This document shows positions 59,299 through 64,000 of a stretch of DNA of 64,000 nt, piece by piece. Source of the stretch: a candidate division WWE3 bacterium RAAC2_WWE3_1 (lineage in GTDB: Bacteria; Patescibacteriota; WWE3; UBA101185; UBA10185); contig CP006914.1 of NCBI GenBank assembly GCA_000503835.1, positions 593,680 through 657,679 of the forward strand, read 5' to 3'. Positions within the stretch are counted from its first letter, which is position 1; the number at the start of each line of letters is the position of its first letter. Under the pieces are notes generated by a model. That model was given only the letters and a program-made list of their open reading frames with translations. It was not told where the DNA came from and searched no databases. The position numbers were made by a program, and so were the translations under genes.

Positions 59299-61248
59299 TT
59301 ACCAGTTGAAATTATTCCGATTGTAATCAAGGTCGTCAAGAAAATCGTCTACCGAGCCGGGCAGGCGGGGTAGCTTTCCTTTTTCCATACTAATTCCGCG
59401 GTATTCCAGAATTTCGCCGGGAAGCTCTCCCAAAAATCTGCTGGGAATATTTACCTGAACGCTTCCGAAATACAAGCGGCTTGAAACACACGTCATAAAG
59501 ACTTTTTCTTTTGCCCGGGTAATTGCGACGTAACATAAACGTCTTTCCTCTTCCAATGCATCCTGTTCCAAAAGAGATTGGGTGTGAGGAAATAAACCCT
59601 CTTCCATTCCAACAATAAAAATCACAGGAAACTCCAAGCCTTTCGAAGCATGCACGGTCATTAATGTTACAACGGGAACATTTTCATCCCGGGGTCGATC
59701 AGAACTTTCTATCAAAGCCACATTTTCCAGGAATTCGTTCAGGTCAACGAACTGGGCGGCAACCGACTTCAATTCGTTAATGTTTTCGATTCTCTGAAAA
59801 TTTTCGTCGGTTCCGTCGTTTAGCCACTCAATATATTTGGTGTCAGCAAGAATCTTTTCCATAAGTTCCAGTGTCGATAAAGTTTTGGCCGAAGCAATCC
59901 ATTCCCTAATCGGAAGGTGGGATTTTTCTTCTACGGCCCCGATGTCCCACTTTAATTGTTTTAACTGTTCTTCGGATTTTTGCCCTATTCCGCGGGGAGG
60001 AACATTTATAATTCGGGACCAGGACACTTTATCTTTCGGATTATGTACAACCTTCAAATACGAAATGATGTCTTTAATCTCTTTTCTCCCGTAGAACCGC
60101 ACACCGCCGATGATGCGGTAAGGGATATTATTTCTTATAAAATGTTCTTCGATGTTTCTTGACTGAGCGTTCGTCCGGTAAAGAACAGCTATATCCGAAT
60201 AACCTTTTCCGCTCATTAATGCCTCCGATATTTCATTTACTAAAAAGGACGCCTCATCTTTTTCCGAAGCTCCGCGGTAAACTATCAAACGATCTCCCTT
60301 GGAATTGTCCGTCCACAAATCGAGAGGAATATGCGTGGAATTATTTTTTATTAAATTTTTCGCCGCCTCGAGAATATTTTTCGTCGACCTGTAATTTTTT
60401 CCGAGATTATAAATTTTTGCTTTCGGATAATCGTTTTGAAAATTGAGAATGTTCCTGAAATCGGCGCCCCGAAAACTGTAAATTGCCTGCGACATGTCTC
60501 CCACAACGAAAAGGTTTTCGTGACCGTTAGCTAACGCTTTCGTAAGCGCGTACTGAACTTTGTTCGTATCCTGATATTCGTCCACCAAAATGAACTTAAA
60601 AAGTTCCTGATATTTTTTCAGAATGTGGGGGGACTCCTCGAATAAATGAACGGTTTCCAAAAGTAAATCATCAAAATCCAATGCATTACTTTGGCGTAAA
60701 CGCTGCTGGTACTCAGGATATATTTTAGCGACAGTTTTCTGAAAATAACCCTGGGCATATCCCGCGTACATTTCAGGAGAAACCATTTCGGATTTTGCGC
60801 CGGAGACATGCTCCAGCACCGCACGCGGGTGAAACCTTTTTGTGTCCATTCCGAAATCCTTTTCTATGTCGCGTACAACGGCAACCTGGTCGTCGGTATC
60901 ATAGATAACGTAGGAAACGGGAATACCTACATCACGGCCGTCCTTCCTTAATATTTTGGCACAGATACTATGAAAAGTTCCGCTCCAGGGCAAACTGTTT
61001 TCAGAACCCAGAATGTCTTTTACCCTGGACTTAATCTCGTCTGCCGCCTTGTTTGTGAAAGTGACACACAAAATATTGGTCTCAGGTACCTTTTTCTCTT
61101 CAATAAGAAAGGCTACCCTGTGGGTTAAAACACGGGTTTTTCCGCTACCGGGGCCTGCAACCACGAGAGCGGGGCCAAGATAATGGGAAACTGCAGCAAT
61201 CTGGTCTTCATTAAGATCTTTTAGAAAAATACCGGTAGTATCCGACAC
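59299..61248 (-). CDS. pcrA: ATP-dependent DNA helicase PcrA/UvrD
   Basis: AGPGSGKT, TFTNKAA, DEYQD, YRTNAQSR, EEERRLCYVAITRA. Confidence 0.92.
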   Translation of the reverse strand: MSDTTGIFLKDLNEDQIAAVSHYLGPALVVAGPGSGKTRVLTHRVAFLIEEKKVPETNILCVTFTNKAADEIKSRVKDILGSENSLPWSGTFHSICAKILRKDGRDVGIPVSYVIYDTDDQVAVVRDIEKDFGMDTKRFHPRAVLEHVSGAKSEMVSPEMYAGYAQGYFQKTVAKIYPEYQQRLRQSNALDFDDLLLETVHLFEESPHILKKYQELFKFILVDEYQDTNKVQYALTKALANGHENLFVVGDMSQAIYSFRGADFRNILNFQNDYPKAKIYNLGKNYRSTKNILEAAKNLIKNNSTHIPLDLWTDNSKGDRLIVYRGASEKDEASFLVNEISEALMSGKGYSDIAVLYRTNAQSRNIEEHFIRNNIPYRIIGGVRFYGRKEIKDIISYLKVVHNPKDKVSWSRIINVPPRGIGQKSEEQLKQLKWDIGAVEEKSHLPIREWIASAKTLSTLELMEKILADTKYIEWLNDGTDENFQRIENINELKSVAAQFVDLNEFLENVALIESSDRPRDENVPVVTLMTVHASKGLEFPVIFIVGMEEGLFPHTQSLLEQDALEEERRLCYVAITRAKEKVFMTCVSSRLYFGSVQVNIPSRFLGELPGEILEYRGISMEKGKLPRLPGSVDDFLDDLDYNRNNFNW

Positions 61249-61353
61249 GTAAATAACATATCACAGCTGACTTTTTTGTCGATACTCGGTCAATACCCAA
61301 AAAACTGTCTAAAAACTATAAATTCCCGCCGTTACCGTTTACAATACAATTAC

Positions 61354-61848
61354 ATGTTCAAGCAGTATCTCCCTTACATAATGCTGGCGATTGTACTTGC
61401 ACTTGGCATTTATCTTGCGGGTATCGTTCGTGAAAAAGAGATGCCTCCGATACCCGGAGCGAAATTTTATACGATACGGTTTGACAACGGCGTTACTCTG
61501 AAAGCAGAGGTGGCTGAGACAAAAGAGAAGCTCAAAACCGGCCTCATGTTCAGAGAGAAACTGGCCAAAAATACCGGAATGATCTTTATATTCGGCATGG
61601 AGTACACCTACTCTTTTTGGATGAAAAATACACTGATTCCCCTGGACATAATTTGGGTCAATAGTCGGATGGAAGTCGTCGACGTATCGCGTGAGGTGCC
61701 GCCCTGCGTAACCGAAAAATGCCCCACCTACTCGCCGCAATACCCCGCAACGTATGTCATCGAAACTCCCGCCAAATGGACCGTGTGGAATAAAATCTAC
61801 CCAAGCATGAAGATCACGGTGTATCGAGAAGATGGTGCTCAACTGTGA
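61354..61848 (+). CDS. DUF192 family protein
   Basis: GLMFR, GMIFIF, FWMKNTLIPLDIIW. Confidence 0.88.
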   Translation: MFKQYLPYIMLAIVLALGIYLAGIVREKEMPPIPGAKFYTIRFDNGVTLKAEVAETKEKLKTGLMFREKLAKNTGMIFIFGMEYTYSFWMKNTLIPLDIIWVNSRMEVVDVSREVPPCVTEKCPTYSPQYPATYVIETPAKWTVWNKIYPSMKITVYREDGAQL

Positions 61849-62818
61849 TACCGTATTGGGAAAACCCGTAGTCCAGCATTATTACCATGTCCCCCTTGCG
61901 GTCTATACTGTTCAATACTATCCCCACAAGTTTTTTGCCGGAATTCACCGCGTAGGTTGAAAGGCTTAGCCCCGCTTCCTCGGTATACCCCGTTTTTACA
62001 CCGATAACCCCGGGATAGGTTGTTAGAAGGTTAGTCTGGTTCACAAGATACAGGTATTTATGCAGGTCCGAATATGGCAGTTCCTTTTCGACCGTGGCCA
62101 CAATCTCTCTGAACTCTTTGTGTCTCATGGCGTACTGGGTTAATACGGCCAAATCCGAAACCGTTGTGTAAGAACGATCGTCCAGCCCGCTGGGGTCGAA
62201 GAACCGGGTGTCCTTCAAACCCAGCTCACCGGCCTTTCTGTTCATCCACTCTACGAATTCTCCGGATGAACCCGCAACATTCTCGGCAAGAGTGTAGGCG
62301 GCGTCGTTTCCGGAATTTAATAAGAGTCCGTACAACAATTCTTCAATAGAGTAGGCCTCTCCCTCCGAAACTCCCATTTCGTTTTCACCGACGGAATCAG
62401 CCGCGGCCGTAACTGTTGCGTAGTCAGATAGAGATTTATGTTCTAGTGTGATGACCGCGGTCATTATTTTAACCAGACTGGCCATAGGCAGTCTCCGGTC
62501 TATCTCTTTTCCGTAAAGGATTTTTCCCGTATCCGCGTCCACCATAACCCCCGCGCTTCCGGCAATGAGGTCAGGAGAAAAATCGTCGTCCTCCGTAACC
62601 AGTGCCAATGGTTCCGTGCTAAATTCCGGAGATCTCAGTGTTTCCAAATATTCATCCTTAACACCCTCAACTTTTACCTCTCCGGTCATTCCGCTTTTCA
62701 GAAAAAACATACCCGAAGCGATAAGTAACAATAGTATCGCCGGAATAACCCACAACCATAATCCGCCCCCTACAAATTTTTTTGAAGTTTGTGAAATTTT
62801 TTGCGGATAGCTGTACAT
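61814..62818 (-). CDS. D-alanyl-D-alanine carboxypeptidase (peptidase S11)
   Basis: SLVK (SxxK), SGN, KTG motifs; N-terminal TM. Confidence 0.92.
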   Translation of the reverse strand: MYSYPQKISQTSKKFVGGGLWLWVIPAILLLLIASGMFFLKSGMTGEVKVEGVKDEYLETLRSPEFSTEPLALVTEDDDFSPDLIAGSAGVMVDADTGKILYGKEIDRRLPMASLVKIMTAVITLEHKSLSDYATVTAAADSVGENEMGVSEGEAYSIEELLYGLLLNSGNDAAYTLAENVAGSSGEFVEWMNRKAGELGLKDTRFFDPSGLDDRSYTTVSDLAVLTQYAMRHKEFREIVATVEKELPYSDLHKYLYLVNQTNLLTTYPGVIGVKTGYTEEAGLSLSTYAVNSGKKLVGIVLNSIDRKGDMVIMLDYGFSQYGITVEHHLLDTP

Positions 62819-62891
62819 AATATGAAGACCAAAAATTATGTTATCATAGATGTCGTTCGTAGGATTTAATTTTATTTAAGGACAACTATCT

Positions 62892-63155
62892 ATGGTGCAA
62901 TTACTGGATTTTTACGCGGATTGGTGCGGACCTTGTAAAATAATGGCTCCCGTGCTGGAAGAAGTCGAAAAAGAACTTAGCGATAAACTTGAAGTGAAAA
63001 GAGTCGACGTAGAAGCAGAGGGCGGGAAGGCTTCAGAATTTGCAATTTTCAGCATCCCCACCTTTGTAATTATGAAAGATGGGAAAGAGGTCGACAGAAA
63101 AGAAGGGGCTATGCCTAAAGAAATGCTGAGGAGCTGGATTAATTCGCATCTATAG
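62892..63155 (+). CDS. trxA: Thioredoxin
   Basis: WCGPC, SIPT. Confidence 0.92.
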   Translation: MVQLLDFYADWCGPCKIMAPVLEEVEKELSDKLEVKRVDVEAEGGKASEFAIFSIPTFVIMKDGKEVDRKEGAMPKEMLRSWINSHL

Positions 63156-63168
63156 ATATAATTACCCT

Positions 63169-64000
63169 ATGACTGCCCGTCTGGCAATTAACGGTTTCGG
63201 AAGAATCGGAAGAGCTTCCCTAAAGATAGCTTTAGAAAAGGACGGCGTAGAAATTGCCGCCATTAACGACTTAACCAATCCCCGTATACTCGCACACTTT
63301 TTAAAATACGATTCGGCGTACGGTGTTTACGATAAAGATGTTTACGTTGAAGAAGACGGGAAGATAGTGCGGCTGGAAGACAACGAGGGTCAAAAAGATT
63401 TTTTCTCTCTGACGGGCAAAGAAAATTATCTGGTTGTAGAAGGAAAAAAAAGCCGGGTGTTCTCGGAAAAAGACCCTGCTAAGCTTCCCTGGGGCGAACT
63501 AAATATTGATACAGTACTGGAATGCACCGGAAGGTTTACCGAAAACGACTCCGCTAAAGCTCATATAACCGCGGGCGCAAAAAAAGTTGTGATATCGGCT
63601 CCTACAAAAGGCGGGGATGCCCAAACTTTTTTGATGGGCGTTAACGATTCCCAGTACCTTGGACAAAACATTATCTCGAACGCCTCGTGTACTACCAACT
63701 GCATCTCGCCGGTTCTTGCGGTAATGCATTCCAAATTTAAGGTGCTAAAAGCCGTGATGAGCACGGTACACGCCATAACGGCAAATCAAAGTGTGGTTGA
63801 CGGTCCTCCTGTGGGTGACAAGCCCGACATGAGAAGGTCACGTGCGTCAGGGTACAACATATCTCCTACCAGCACAGGAGCGGCAAAGGCCACAATCAAA
63901 GCAATACCTGAATTGGAAGGAAAGTTTGACGGAATTGCTTTAAGGGTTCCCATAATCACCGGCTCTATCTCCGATATCACAATGCTGGTTGAAAAAAAGA
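63169..64000 (+). CDS. gap: Glyceraldehyde-3-phosphate dehydrogenase type I (partial, runs off window end)
   Basis: Not in the track. Manual translation MTARLAINGFGRIGR...INDL...ECTG...SNASCTTNC...PTSTGAAKA. Confidence 0.95.
   Translation, partial: MTARLAINGFGRIGRASLKIALEKDGVEIAAINDLTNPRILAHFLKYDSAYGVYDKDVYVEEDGKIVRLEDNEGQKDFFSLTGKENYLVVEGKKSRVFSEKDPAKLPWGELNIDTVLECTGRFTENDSAKAHITAGAKKVVISAPTKGGDAQTFLMGVNDSQYLGQNIISNASCTTNCISPVLAVMHSKFKVLKAVMSTVHAITANQSVVDGPPVGDKPDMRRSRASGYNISPTSTGAAKATIKAIPELEGKFDGIALRVPIITGSISDITMLVEKK

Overview
Chromosomal window of a small-genome bacterium. Gene content and rRNA features suggest Patescibacteria/CPR, possibly WWE3/Microgenomates-like (inference, not checked by search). 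Genetic code 11. It holds membrane glycosyltransferases and ORFans (1-9 kb), rpsA-clpC-radA-PIN/TRAM, and a split rRNA locus. The 16S gene lies ~3.5 kb from tRNA-Ala/23S/5S, with protein genes and an inverted tRNA-Ile between them. Then follow a BpsA-like/AdoMetDC fusion, DNA repair genes (mutM, recF, ATP-dependent ligase, nth, 5'-3' exonuclease, two UvrD-family helicases, rmuC), a pentose-phosphate/glycolysis cluster and cell-wall genes. The 23S gene carries two group I introns. The L2500 intron is canonical. The L1931 intron encodes a LAGLIDADG endonuclease and is the standout: it ends in A rather than the near-universal omega-G, and its P7 guanosine-binding pair is flipped from G-C to C-G. 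This combination switched the engineered Tetrahymena intron to adenosine-dependent splicing, so it is a candidate natural adenosine-using group I intron. Other notable signals: many -10 hexamers placed 6-7 nt before start codons (probably leaderless mRNAs), duplicated 3' ends of 5S rRNA and tRNA-Ile enclosing hairpin elements, and a secreted protein with a Chloroflexota-like C-terminal motif.
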